A stretch of 64,000 nt of DNA from Methanotrichaceae archaeon (GTDB taxonomy: Archaea > Halobacteriota > Methanosarcinia > Methanotrichales > Methanotrichaceae), in the NCBI GenBank assembly GCA_963803145.1, contig CAWDLW010000008.1, forward strand, positions 96,001 to 160,000. The letters run 5' to 3'. Position numbers and translations under genes: made by a program. How positions within the stretch are numbered: the first letter of the stretch is position 1; each line of letters opens with the position of its first letter. The notes under the pieces are model-generated. The model was given only the letters and a program-made list of their open reading frames with translations. It ran no database searches and had not been told where the DNA came from. Positions 38,120 through 48,247 of this stretch are shown in pieces.

Positions 38120-40429
38120 TCAATGATTCCTATTGCCAGAACCCTTCAACTGCTTAGTCACTGTGCGCTCTACACCTAGCTTTTGTGCCAGAATCCTAAG
38201 ATCTTCTCTCACGCTTTTAGAGCGCTTAGTTCTTTTTTCGGGGTCCTTCTTTGCCACTTCGGCATTTTCAATATGTACTGCAGGTGCAACGGCACCCCAA
38301 TCCTTTATTTTATTCTCTATGATCTTTCGGCCTGGGGCTGCACTTACTACTGTCAACTCGTCTCGAACCCATACAGGCAGGAACTGATTCACACTGCCAA
38401 GTCCATCGCCTCCGAATCTTCGATCACAGAATAGGAGAACTCCGCGCTCCGACTCCGCACGTATCACTCGGCCTGCGGCCTGGAGTGCTCTGTTTATCGC
38501 TGGAAGAGTATAAGCAATAAGCATGCCATTTGTCTTTCCATACTTTCTGATATAATAGGCGTTGACCTCTTTTTGGATATCATCGTAAACAGCCAAAGGC
38601 AGGCCAATAACAGCAACGCCGTTCAGAGCCTCCCCCTTGTAATCAATGCCTTCTGCAAGCTTTCCTCCGCAGACGCCCATGAGCACACCACCGCCCTCGC
38701 TCCCAAGACGGAAAAACATCTCCAGAAGTTCTGTTACTCCCTCAGAGCCTCTGGGCTCGATACAGAGCTTTTTTCCGGCCTTCTTCGCGGATGTAAGGCA
38801 GATGCTTCTATAGTTATTCATCATCGGATAGGATGTGAAGAAAACAGCCACATTTCCCGGCACACATTCTATCAGCGATTGTATATGCTCCGATATCTCG
38901 CGTTTGTTATCGGCATCCTCTCTGGATTCAAGTTGAGTCGTTGCCTTTTCCGAGGCTATTAGAAGCCTGTTCTCTCTGGGAAATGGATTGGGGAGGCTAA
39001 GCTTCATTGCTCTGTTCTCCTCACCTAGACAGTAGAGCTCATAGGCATCCTGCGGCGAAAAGGTACCGCTCAGCATAATGGTTGCATTTATGTTATCGAC
39101 TATGCGTCTGATCGTGGATGCCGGATCTATTTTGTTTACCTCGAGCCTAGCCCATTTCCTGCTTCCACTGACAGTTACAACAATCTTTCTCTGGTAGGAT
39201 TCATCTGTTTCAGCCTGCTCTATATCTCTCAGAAACAGAAGTACAAGCGCTAGACTTGGCTGGATATCTCCCTGCAAATTCTCGCGATCGCCTTCAGATA
39301 GGTTTAGCTCGGCAACTGCCACTGCCACATCTGAAAAATAGGACAAAGCCTCGTCGATATCCTTTATTCCATCATACAGAAAGGTCCTGAAAAGGTCTGC
39401 GTCCATTAGCGCCTCTCCTTCCTGCATTCTGGCCTGTCGGCTCAAAAGGAACTTCTTCAGCCTCGGCAGAAGGATTCGTATAACTTTTATGCCCTCACGC
39501 CTCCAGGATGATTCAGTCTTTGTCTCCTCAAGCCTGGCCTGGCCAAGTGTCCCCTCAAACTTGTCAACCTCGCGCTCTGCCAGATCGATCATGTGAGTCG
39601 TCAGGGTTCGAGCACTCATTGCCCTGATCATATCGCCTAAGTTATGCGCCTCGTCTACGATCAGCGTAACATTATCGCGTTCAATCTCCAGCCACTGGAA
39701 GATTATATCCTGGAAGTCGGGGCTGAAGATATGGGAGTAGTTTACAATTACGATATCGCTGTTCTTAGCGTAAAGGCTCATGACCTCATATGGGCAGACT
39801 CCCTGGCAGGCATCAGCAAGCTCTGAAGGCGGAGTAACCTTGTCCTTCATTTTATCAATGATTTCCAACGCCAGTCCCGAGCGGCGAAAATGTACCTTTC
39901 CATTAAGCTCGAAGGCCTCGCGGCTTTTTAGATAATAGGGACAAAATGTTCTGTATCCTGGCTCTTCCTCAGGTATGCTGTCCTTAGAAGGATCATAAAC
40001 TCTCGCCTCGGATTTATTTATTCTCGAGGATACAAAATTCTTCGTCCATTCCCTTAGCCGGGAGCATCCGGAATATACGCTCTCGTCGTGGAACTCCCCC
40101 TCGATAGGACACATCTTCTGCTTGCCGACCATGTAGGAAATCTCAGGATGGTGACGTGTTCTGGACCAGATTTTATTGATTTCATTAATGTAAATGCCAA
40201 TCTGCGATACAGTTCTGACGGCTACCATAATCTTCCCAGGGCTCGCGGCGAGTGCAGCACTGATACAGCTTGTCTTGCCCGTTCCCGTCGGCGCATCTAT
40301 CATTAGAACGCCGTGATCTCCCTTGCTGACGCACTCGTATACGGCATCAAGCATCCTATCCTGGTGCGGTCTCAGAGATTCATAGGGAAAATAATCCAGG
40401 TACACGTGCGATAATCTGCTCCCGGACAA
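38120..40429 (-). CDS. ATP-dependent DNA helicase, XPD/Rad3/DinG family (Fe-S)
   Basis: APTGTGKT, Cys cluster, VDEAHN, SGT, EGIDY, QAAGRVIR. Confidence 0.93.
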   Translation of the reverse strand: MSGSRLSHVYLDYFPYESLRPHQDRMLDAVYECVSKGDHGVLMIDAPTGTGKTSCISAALAASPGKIMVAVRTVSQIGIYINEINKIWSRTRHHPEISYMVGKQKMCPIEGEFHDESVYSGCSRLREWTKNFVSSRINKSEARVYDPSKDSIPEEEPGYRTFCPYYLKSREAFELNGKVHFRRSGLALEIIDKMKDKVTPPSELADACQGVCPYEVMSLYAKNSDIVIVNYSHIFSPDFQDIIFQWLEIERDNVTLIVDEAHNLGDMIRAMSARTLTTHMIDLAEREVDKFEGTLGQARLEETKTESSWRREGIKVIRILLPRLKKFLLSRQARMQEGEALMDADLFRTFLYDGIKDIDEALSYFSDVAVAVAELNLSEGDRENLQGDIQPSLALVLLFLRDIEQAETDESYQRKIVVTVSGSRKWARLEVNKIDPASTIRRIVDNINATIMLSGTFSPQDAYELYCLGEENRAMKLSLPNPFPRENRLLIASEKATTQLESREDADNKREISEHIQSLIECVPGNVAVFFTSYPMMNNYRSICLTSAKKAGKKLCIEPRGSEGVTELLEMFFRLGSEGGGVLMGVCGGKLAEGIDYKGEALNGVAVIGLPLAVYDDIQKEVNAYYIRKYGKTNGMLIAYTLPAINRALQAAGRVIRAESERGVLLFCDRRFGGDGLGSVNQFLPVWVRDELTVVSAAPGRKIIENKIKDWGAVAPAVHIENAEVAKKDPEKRTKRSKSVREDLRILAQKLGVERTVTKQLKGSGNRNH

Positions 40430-40526
40430 GATAAAGTCTATCCATGGGCCGAAACTGAGCTGGTAGAAAACTTAAAATTGTATTGATATATAGAAGATAC
40501 TTCAGCAATGAATGAGGGGGAACTAA

Positions 40527-41054
40527 ATGAAACTAGTTGTTACAGCTCTGTTCATGCTTATGACAGCAGCTGTTGTAATACAGGTGGTATCCTCAACCGC
40601 CTTTGACTTCAACGGTCATTTGCAGGCAGCTGACCCTGATGCGAAAAGTATGGAGATGAAAATAGCAGAGACTCTCCATAATATTGCTTCAGCTTCTCCA
40701 TCCGGCCAACCCAATGGGGGAACGACGAACCAAAGGGCGAATGAACCTTCAGTCAATTCATCCGCATTTAACCTATCAATCAATGCTACGTCACATAATT
40801 CATCTATGATAAACAGCTCAGCAAAGCTGAGTAGCCCGGGCAGTTCAGCAATTACAGGCGGTTCGGCGATTACAGATGGCACTACAGTCTCCTCTCAGGA
40901 GATGGGTTCCAGCAGCAAGGGTGTATCCAATGGATTTTGGGGAATTCAAGCAAGCAAGCACGTCATGGGCCAAAGCGATATCAAATCCCAGATGTTCCTT
41001 AGCGGCACCTTTGATGTCGATAAGACTGTGAAGTTCTCAGACCGAGGATCATAG
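40527..41054 (+). CDS. Secreted Ser/Asn-rich hypothetical protein
   Basis: Signal peptide, low-complexity linker, C-terminal LSGTFDVDKTVKFSD. Confidence 0.75.
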   Translation: MKLVVTALFMLMTAAVVIQVVSSTAFDFNGHLQAADPDAKSMEMKIAETLHNIASASPSGQPNGGTTNQRANEPSVNSSAFNLSINATSHNSSMINSSAKLSSPGSSAITGGSAITDGTTVSSQEMGSSSKGVSNGFWGIQASKHVMGQSDIKSQMFLSGTFDVDKTVKFSDRGS

Positions 41055-41055
41055 G

Positions 41056-42633
41056 ATGGAGCGAAATCTGCCGAAGCTATCCTGTTATCTGGCTATTCTC
41101 TTCATTCTTTTTATTACCCTCGCATCAGGAGTTCAGTATAACTGGAACAGAACCTTTGGAGGGATTCACGGAGACGGAGCCTGGTCGCTTCAGGAGACCA
41201 ATGATGGCGGCTATATAATCGCAGGCTATACCTGCAGCTTAGGAGAGCGCGGCGACCTTTGGCTGATTAAGACCGATTCGAACGGAAGAGAGGAGTGGAA
41301 CAGGACATTTGGCGGATCTGATGAGGATGTAGGATATTCGGTCAAGCAAACCAGAGATGGAGGCTATATTGTCACAGGCAGCACCAGATCCTACGGAATA
41401 GGTGAGGAACGCTTATGGCTGCTCAAGACCGATTCTAGCGGTAACAAGGAGTGGGATAGGACCTTCGGAGGCTTCGTATCCTCATCTGGTGATGGTGGCT
41501 GGTCCGTTGATGAAACTGATGATGGCTATATCGTTACAGGCTATACAAGATCCTATGGCATGGGTGGGAAGGATCTCTGGCTGATAAAAACCGATTCTCA
41601 TGGAGTAGAGCAGTGGCAGAAGACCTTCGGCGGATCTAAGGATGATGTAGGCATGTCGGTCGCACGTGCGCAAGATGGAGGATATATCGTCGCAGGAAGA
41701 GCGGCATCCTTCAGCCAGGGGGATGATGATATCTGGCTGCTGAAGGTTGATTCGAGCGGTAGAGAGCAGTGGAACAGGACTTATGGCGGACAAAAGGATG
41801 ATGTATGCTTCCAGGTGGTCTGTCTTGAGGATGGATATGCGCTTACTGGAAGAACAGAGGTTACTGGCGGCAAGAAGGCATTCCTCCTAAAGACAGATCT
41901 TCAGGGAAAAATGAAATGGGAGAGAACTTATGGTAAGGACAGCACAGGCATTTCTTTGCAGAGAACGGATGACGGAGGATTCATCATTGCCGGCAGCACG
42001 GATACTGCAGATAACGGAAAAGATGCCCTGCTGATAAAGACAGATTCAACTGGAAAAGAACAGTGGATGCTGCCTTTTGGCGGTCTGAGGGATGATATCG
42101 GCACAGCTATTGTAGAGAGTAGTGATGGCGGATATGTCCTCGCCGGAATAACAAACTCTTTTGGAGCAGGGGCAGAGGATGTGTGGCTGGTCAAGCTAAC
42201 GTCTGATAATAATGCTGGAATTCTCTCACCCGAGAATGCTATATTAGGAAGCGCGACATCGGAAAACGCCACACATGGAAACATCACATCAGAAAGTGCC
42301 ATACCAGTAAGTGCTGCATTAGGGAATGCCGCATTAGGAAATGTCACACTAGGGAATGCCACATTAGAGAATATCACAATGGGGAATGCCACATTAGAGA
42401 ATATCACAATGGGGAATGCCACATTAGAGAATATCACAATGGGGAATGCCACATTAGGAAATTCAACGATATCAAGGAATGCAACAGATATAGTAATCCC
42501 AGAAAATACATCCAAAGATATTCCCGATACCAGGATAATAGCCAATACCGTGAGCTGGAACATTCCCAAATTGGCAGTCGATAGATTATCTTCCATTCCT
42601 CTTGCATTCCGATCGGCGAAGGTGAGGACATGA
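41056..42633 (+). CDS. Secreted beta-propeller protein with a sequon-rich repeat stalk
   Basis: Signal peptide; ~7 repeats of W.RTFGG..DD.G.SV..T.DGGYI..G.T...DLWL.KTD; C-terminal GNATLENITM repeats. Confidence 0.85.
   Translation: MERNLPKLSCYLAILFILFITLASGVQYNWNRTFGGIHGDGAWSLQETNDGGYIIAGYTCSLGERGDLWLIKTDSNGREEWNRTFGGSDEDVGYSVKQTRDGGYIVTGSTRSYGIGEERLWLLKTDSSGNKEWDRTFGGFVSSSGDGGWSVDETDDGYIVTGYTRSYGMGGKDLWLIKTDSHGVEQWQKTFGGSKDDVGMSVARAQDGGYIVAGRAASFSQGDDDIWLLKVDSSGREQWNRTYGGQKDDVCFQVVCLEDGYALTGRTEVTGGKKAFLLKTDLQGKMKWERTYGKDSTGISLQRTDDGGFIIAGSTDTADNGKDALLIKTDSTGKEQWMLPFGGLRDDIGTAIVESSDGGYVLAGITNSFGAGAEDVWLVKLTSDNNAGILSPENAILGSATSENATHGNITSESAIPVSAALGNAALGNVTLGNATLENITMGNATLENITMGNATLENITMGNATLGNSTISRNATDIVIPENTSKDIPDTRIIANTVSWNIPKLAVDRLSSIPLAFRSAKVRT
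42352..42457 (+). repeat. 30-bp coding tandem repeat x3.5
   Basis: GGGAATGCCACATTAGAGAATATCACAATG in three exact copies plus a partial copy. Confidence 0.95.
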
Positions 42634-42691
42634 TCGTCTTAACTTTGCACATCTCAAAATATTCTTAAACGGAGACAGCGATAACCTCTTA

Positions 42692-43411
42692 ATGCCTCCT
42701 TTGGTCAGGATCTCGGACATCGGCCTCTACCTCCGCTGCCCGAGGCTGATTTATTTCGATGTTCTTGGAACGCTTCCAAGAAAGATCAATCCAGAACAGA
42801 TTCTTCTGCGCAGTCTGATGCTCTCACTTTCACAATGTGAAACCGATGTCGAAAGCCAACTTAATTCCATACTTGCAAAGCTGGAGATGGAATTGCCGCT
42901 GATCTATGAGATTGAGCCCAAAAAGCTTGAAACAGCATCGGGAAATATAAGAGCAATTATACCTGAGATCGCAACTGGACTGTCCTCTCATCTAGGCAAG
43001 CTTTTTCCAAGCGATGTTGAAGTGGATCTGCGTTCAGATAGGCTTGGCCTTTCTGGCAGGCTGGATAGGCTCATTTCTTATCGTATTCCATCCATAATAA
43101 GAACAGGCAGTGCGCCCGAAGAAGGTATCTGGAAGCGTGATAGGCTTATGCTGGCAGGCTATGCCATTTTGCTTGGAGAAAAATGCGGTACTATACTAGG
43201 TCGAGGAAGGATAGAGTACCCGCGAATGGGAGAAGTTCGCGAGATTCAGATTCACGGGGTTGACAGAGGCAAAGTCCTCAGGATCCGGGACCGGGTCCAG
43301 CAGATAAAAGACGGCCAGCTGCCCGATAAACCAGAAGGTGCCAATTGCAGCACGTGTGAAGTCCGTGAACGATGTGAAACTCGACACTCGTTTGTCTCAA
43401 AATTCTTTTGA
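42692..43411 (+). CDS. Stand-alone Cas4-like (Dna2/Cas4) Fe-S protein
   Basis: ISDI..YLRCPRL.YF; LSGRLD; C-terminal CxxC-x5-C; no cas genes or array nearby. Confidence 0.8.
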   Translation: MPPLVRISDIGLYLRCPRLIYFDVLGTLPRKINPEQILLRSLMLSLSQCETDVESQLNSILAKLEMELPLIYEIEPKKLETASGNIRAIIPEIATGLSSHLGKLFPSDVEVDLRSDRLGLSGRLDRLISYRIPSIIRTGSAPEEGIWKRDRLMLAGYAILLGEKCGTILGRGRIEYPRMGEVREIQIHGVDRGKVLRIRDRVQQIKDGQLPDKPEGANCSTCEVRERCETRHSFVSKFF

Positions 43412-43546
43412 ATTTTCAGGAAAAATAGATTAATCAATCAATTGTGGCGAAGATACCTGTAGGGGAATAGTGGAGTTGCGTTTGGCTCTACATCTGAGAT
43501 CACAACTATCAGAATCATTAAATCCTATCCGGCTGTTGGGCTACTC

Positions 43547-44458
43547 ATGTTCACTCAGAGGCATGTGCTCTCCATGCGGGACTTCTCCAGGGATGAAATC
43601 GATTCAGTACTCGATCTTGCCGCATCACTTGAGCCATATGCCCGCGGGAAAAAAAGCGATATGCTCTCAGGAAAGATACTTGCTCTACTATTTTTCGAGC
43701 CATCTACGCGCACTCGGATGTCCTTTGAGACTGCTATGAAGAGGCTTGGCGGCTCAACGATAAACTTAGGCTCATCTGAGGCAAGCTCAATTGCCAAAGG
43801 CGAATCTCTGGCAGATACTGTGCGCGTTATCGGCGGCTATGCGGATGCTATCGTGATCAGACATCCTAAGGAGGGCTCTGCACGCCTCGCATCTGAGTTC
43901 TCACCTGTGCCCGTTCTGAACGCTGGCGATGGCGCAGGCCACCATCCGACTCAAACTCTTCTCGATCTTTATACAATTAAAAAGGAAAGCCACCTGGAAA
44001 ATCTGAGCATCGCACTCGTGGGCGATCTCAAATACGGCAGGACCGTTCACTCATTAGCTTATGCTCTTTCCCTATACGGAGCGGATATTAACCTTGTATC
44101 ACCGTCCACTCTAAGAATGCCGGAGCAGATCAGAGATGATCTCTCAAGCAAGGGAACAAAGGTTCGCGAGACATGTGATCTTGGAGAGGTCGTGAACAAT
44201 GTAGATGTACTCTATATGACGCGCATTCAACGCGAGCGCTTCCCCGATCCAGTGGAGTACAAGAAGGTAGCACGAAGTTACAGGATAACTCCCGAGTTCT
44301 TGGCCAATGCTAAAGGTAACCTCATAATCATGCATCCCTTGCCGCGTGTAGATGAGATTGCGCCCTCAGTAGATTCGACACCCCATGCTCGCTACTTCCA
44401 GCAATCCTTCTATGGCGTGCCGGTAAGGATGGCGCTACTGAAGATGCTGGTAGGTTGA
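43547..44458 (+). CDS. pyrB: Aspartate carbamoyltransferase catalytic subunit
   Basis: [14 protein letters not shown]...[22 protein letters not shown]. Confidence 0.98.
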   Translation: MFTQRHVLSMRDFSRDEIDSVLDLAASLEPYARGKKSDMLSGKILALLFFEPSTRTRMSFETAMKRLGGSTINLGSSEASSIAKGESLADTVRVIGGYADAIVIRHPKEGSARLASEFSPVPVLNAGDGAGHHPTQTLLDLYTIKKESHLENLSIALVGDLKYGRTVHSLAYALSLYGADINLVSPSTLRMPEQIRDDLSSKGTKVRETCDLGEVVNNVDVLYMTRIQRERFPDPVEYKKVARSYRITPEFLANAKGNLIIMHPLPRVDEIAPSVDSTPHARYFQQSFYGVPVRMALLKMLVG

Positions 44459-44498
44459 TAGATGGCTAGGTGAATAGATGGCTAGGTTGATAGATGGA
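44451..44498 (+). repeat. 16-bp tandem repeat x3 spanning the pyrB stop and the pyrB-pyrI spacer
   Basis: TAGGTTGATAGATGGC / TAGGTGAATAGATGGC / TAGGTTGATAGATGGA. Confidence 0.9.
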
Positions 44499-44518
44499 TA
44501 ATGCCGACGGTGATCAAG

Positions 44519-44983
44519 ATGGCAGAAGTTGAGCTGAAGGTCAGACCCATAACGAACGGCACTGTGATAGATCATATCGCGGCAGGTCAGGCATTGAATG
44601 TCCTGAAGATCTTGGGCATATCGGGAACTGCAGATGCAACGCTATCCGTTGTCATGAATGTCGGAAGTGAAAAGCACGGCAAGAAAGATATTGTCAAAGT
44701 CGAGGATAGGGAGCTGATGGAGGAGGAGGTGGACAGGATTGCACTGATTGCACCTGCAGCTACTATCAATATTATCCGCGATTACAAAGTGGTTGAAAAA
44801 TACCTCGTAGATCTGCCGGATGAGATAGTAGGCGTTGTTCGCTGTCAGAATCCAAGCTGCATCTCCAATACATCAGAGCCTATCAAATCAAGAATGCTCG
44901 TTAACGCAAAGAACCCCGTGCTTCTGAGATGCGTTTACTGTGAGCAGCCTATCACAGAGAGAATAGCAGATTACTTAATCTAG
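44519..44983 (+). CDS. pyrI: Aspartate carbamoyltransferase regulatory subunit
   Basis: [30 protein letters not shown]; SD GGTGATC before ATG 44519. Confidence 0.97.
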   Translation: MAEVELKVRPITNGTVIDHIAAGQALNVLKILGISGTADATLSVVMNVGSEKHGKKDIVKVEDRELMEEEVDRIALIAPAATINIIRDYKVVEKYLVDLPDEIVGVVRCQNPSCISNTSEPIKSRMLVNAKNPVLLRCVYCEQPITERIADYLI

Positions 44984-45056
44984 AAGGTAATCGAATTGTT
45001 CTACCAAAGGTTAAAAGAGATGATCTATTGAACCCAATAACAGGACGGAGTTCAAG

Positions 45057-45842
45057 ATGGCTGTAAAAAATGGCGATTTCATTAAGATCGATTACACCGA
45101 GAGCGTTGACGGACAGGTAATAGCAACAACAGATGAGGCCCAGGCAAAAGAGAAGGGCATTTATGATCAGGAAACCCAATACGGTCCGCACCTCGTAGTA
45201 GTTGGAGCAGGTCAGCTTGTTAAGGGCTTTGAAGACGACCTCATAGAGAAGGATGTAGGCTACTCGGGCAGGGTCGAGATACCTCCAGAGAAGGCATTTG
45301 GCACGCACGATCCAGAAAAGATGGAGACCGTCCCAATTACCAGATTCAAAGAGGAAAAGCCTCTTGTAGGAATGCGTGTAGGAGTCGAGGGCAAGTACGG
45401 CATCGTTACAAGAATAATTGGGCGGAGAGTAACGATCGATTTCAATCATCCTCTGGCGGATAAGACTTTAGTATACGATTATAAGATCGTAGAAGCGGTC
45501 GATGACCTGCAGGAGAAGCTAAAGAGCCTGATAAAGACCTTCGCTCGCATGGATCTCGAATCCAAAATCGAGGACAATAAAGCGATAATTACCGTTCCAT
45601 GGGAGATGAGCTACTATAAGGAGTGGTTCATGATCAGGCGAGGGTTAGCAGATATGATCCTCAAGCATCTTGGTCTAACCGAAGTGGACTATGTTGAGAC
45701 GCATACAGGCGAAAAGGTAAAGGCTGAGTTGATATCTCCGCCAGAGAAAGAAGGCGAGACCGAATCTGGGTCTGCTGCTGAGGCCGAGCAGCCTACAGAG
45801 CAGCCTGCTGAACAGGGATCTCAAGAATCTACATCTGCCTAA
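45057..45842 (+). CDS. FKBP-type peptidyl-prolyl isomerase (long archaeal SlyD-like)
   Basis: GDFIKIDYT, IPPEKAFG, IDFNHPLA. Confidence 0.93.
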   Translation: MAVKNGDFIKIDYTESVDGQVIATTDEAQAKEKGIYDQETQYGPHLVVVGAGQLVKGFEDDLIEKDVGYSGRVEIPPEKAFGTHDPEKMETVPITRFKEEKPLVGMRVGVEGKYGIVTRIIGRRVTIDFNHPLADKTLVYDYKIVEAVDDLQEKLKSLIKTFARMDLESKIEDNKAIITVPWEMSYYKEWFMIRRGLADMILKHLGLTEVDYVETHTGEKVKAELISPPEKEGETESGSAAEAEQPTEQPAEQGSQESTSA

Positions 45843-45862
45843 ACGGCAGATGATCTTTTCTT
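45832..45862 (+). terminator. Hairpin plus T-tract terminator after the PPIase gene
   Basis: CATCTGCC-TAAAC-GGCAGATG followed by ATCTTTTCTT. Confidence 0.55.
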
Positions 45863-45931
45863 AATTTCAAACTCCAGAGCAGGCTTGAGGAAAAAGCTGG
45901 GCTGTAGAGCATATGGCGGCCATAGCCACAC

Positions 45932-47854
45932 CTATATTTGCGATTTAGATGGAGACACCTTCAGGCCGAATTCGCTCAGAGATCCCTCAATTTCTTCATA
46001 AGATAGGTACAGCTCGTCCTTCTGGCGTTCTACTTGGCTTAAGCGTGGATCAGCAGAGAGCCATATCTGTAGAAGATCTCCACGGACCATCTTGATGCAG
46101 GCCATCATATCAGCCTGAGAGAGTCGGTAGACTATATGGCTTCCAGTGGGAGTGTACCATCTGGAATATGCCCCTTTGAGCCGCTCTACATAATCATCCC
46201 ACTTAAACTCTCTAGAAAGAGGCGAGCCCTCTGCCCTCACGGGCCGGAGATCTATGGAGAGGTTCAGATGGGCTCTATCGCCGGAGATCTTCTGATCTAT
46301 ACTCCCAACCACATGGCGATATAGGGTGCTATCCTTATTCACTTGGAGGCTCTGGCCTCTGAAGACCTCTTTTGCCACTTCGGGGAAAAAGGGTGCCAGC
46401 CTAATCTTTTCTGTAGGCGATGTGGCCAGGGATACTCCTATGAAGAATATGGCACTGAGAGATAGCCCCACAAGGACACCATGCTCTGTTAAAACTGGCG
46501 AGATAGTATCTAACGATTGATGTAGCCAGAAGATCTCATAGGAGATGAGAAAGATCTGGGTGCCTCCTCCGACGATAAGAGCAGCGAGCGCACCCCATTT
46601 GGTGGCACGTCTCCAATAGAGGCCGCCAATTATGGGGAAGAAGTATGATGTAGTGCCTATGACTGTGGATATGATCACGGCATCCATTATGCTATCCATC
46701 TTCAGGGCTATGAAAGCGGAGGTGGCGATCATAGCTATGACAAGAACTCTACTTATGATCATCATCTCTTTCATGGTGGCGCCGGGCTTGATATGCCTCT
46801 GTATCAGATCTCTGGAGATGCAAGAGGCGCCCGAGGTGGCAAAGGTAGAGGTGCATGACATGCATGCTGCAAGGAATCCTATGGCCAGGAAGGCCAGGAG
46901 CATGGGGGAGACGTTATCGCTGATGAACTTTGGGAGAAGCATCTCCGCCTCCACTTCGCTTGTTGGCATGTGATATAGAGCACTAAGACCGAGGGCCGTC
47001 AGGAAGCAGCATAAATATATTAATGCCATAAGGGCGGCTCCTAATATCAGGCCCCTGTGGGCGGATTTTTCATCGCGGGCGGCCCATATCTTCTGCCAGG
47101 GATCCTGCTCGGCAATCCAGCCGGGCAGAAGGGCCATTTGAAACACCAGCGCGCCCATGAGTCCGCCCATGGCAAAGAGATTCCACCAATCAGGACCCAG
47201 AGCCATGGCTGTTGCTGTGAGGGATATGCCCTCTCGGATGGGAAGCAATAAGGCCATGACGGCGACGGATACTGCAAGCCCCGCCAGCAATGCAAACTTC
47301 GGCAGATCTGTCCAGACTACAGCCTTAAAGCCTCCGATGCTGACAATGAAGGCTACTGAGACGGCCATGATAAGGACAGCATAGAAAGGCTGGATGCCGA
47401 AGAAGGTGCCCAGGACCAGTTTGAATCCTATAAAATCGGTCACCGAGAAGAGGATCATCATGATTGTAATGGCCACAGCGATAGGCGCCCTGATCAAAGG
47501 ATCATATCTTATTTCCATAAGCTCTGGCTGAGTCAGGGCGGGGATATTTTTGATTCTTCCTGAGATGGCCGCTATTATGATAAGGGCGGCAATGTTCGGA
47601 AAGACCCAAACCCATATGGAGCCAACGCCGATAAGAATGAATAAGCCGGTTGCCAGCAGCAGTGCGCTTGCATCGATCCAAGATGCTGCTGTAGATAAGC
47701 CTATAATTCCCGGGCCCAACACCCTTCCGGCAAGCCAGAAGTCAGTAACAGACTTCTGCCTGCGAGATGTGAACAGGCTGATACCTACGAGCATCGCTAT
47801 ATACAGCACAAGGAAGACCAGGAATAGATGATACGCGTCCAACTGACTCACCAC
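45932..47854 (-). CDS. Sodium:solute symporter family protein with a C-terminal soluble domain
   Basis: DFWLAGR, IGGFKAVVWTD, multiple TM helices, LYWRRATKWGA. Confidence 0.92.
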   Translation of the reverse strand: MVSQLDAYHLFLVFLVLYIAMLVGISLFTSRRQKSVTDFWLAGRVLGPGIIGLSTAASWIDASALLLATGLFILIGVGSIWVWVFPNIAALIIIAAISGRIKNIPALTQPELMEIRYDPLIRAPIAVAITIMMILFSVTDFIGFKLVLGTFFGIQPFYAVLIMAVSVAFIVSIGGFKAVVWTDLPKFALLAGLAVSVAVMALLLPIREGISLTATAMALGPDWWNLFAMGGLMGALVFQMALLPGWIAEQDPWQKIWAARDEKSAHRGLILGAALMALIYLCCFLTALGLSALYHMPTSEVEAEMLLPKFISDNVSPMLLAFLAIGFLAACMSCTSTFATSGASCISRDLIQRHIKPGATMKEMMIISRVLVIAMIATSAFIALKMDSIMDAVIISTVIGTTSYFFPIIGGLYWRRATKWGALAALIVGGGTQIFLISYEIFWLHQSLDTISPVLTEHGVLVGLSLSAIFFIGVSLATSPTEKIRLAPFFPEVAKEVFRGQSLQVNKDSTLYRHVVGSIDQKISGDRAHLNLSIDLRPVRAEGSPLSREFKWDDYVERLKGAYSRWYTPTGSHIVYRLSQADMMACIKMVRGDLLQIWLSADPRLSQVERQKDELYLSYEEIEGSLSEFGLKVSPSKSQI

Positions 47855-47976
47855 GTTCCTAGAATGAGATATATTATTTAAGGTTGCTTAAAAAATTAGG
47901 TTTACCAAAAGGTAAGCTGACTTGATTTGCAACATTCTGCCTGCGCAAGTTAGCCACGAGAAGGAGCTTTGAGAGC

Positions 47977-48180
47977 GTGAGGATGGCCGTTAAGGATGTA
48001 CCGGCAAGGTGGCTAAAGGCATCAAGGTCGCTCAATAAGGAAGGTCAGGTTTACGGGCAAATGATTGCTGAAATGGCTAAGAAGCACTCAAGCAAGGCAT
48101 TCTATGCGCTGGATGATCCTCTGGAGGCGGCGGTTTTTTCGGTGTTGGTGGAGATTACAAAGCTAGTACTAGCTGAATAA
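47977..48180 (+). CDS. Small hypothetical protein
   Basis: SD AAGGAG; coding-like MAKKHSSKAFYALDDPLEAAVFSVLVEI. Confidence 0.55.
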   Translation: MRMAVKDVPARWLKASRSLNKEGQVYGQMIAEMAKKHSSKAFYALDDPLEAAVFSVLVEITKLVLAE

Positions 48181-48247
48181 ACTTAGCTGAAGGGTAACTT
48201 ATAGATAATAAAACATAATAAATCATCCGGTTAGTGCCGGTGTAGAA

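Noticed and set aside
42352-42457. 30-bp repeats as a mini-CRISPR
   Set aside because: The units are contiguous with no spacers and are in frame within a coding region.
42692-43411. Cas4-like gene as evidence of a CRISPR-Cas locus
   Set aside because: No cas1/cas2 and no repeat-spacer array; the neighbourhood is housekeeping.
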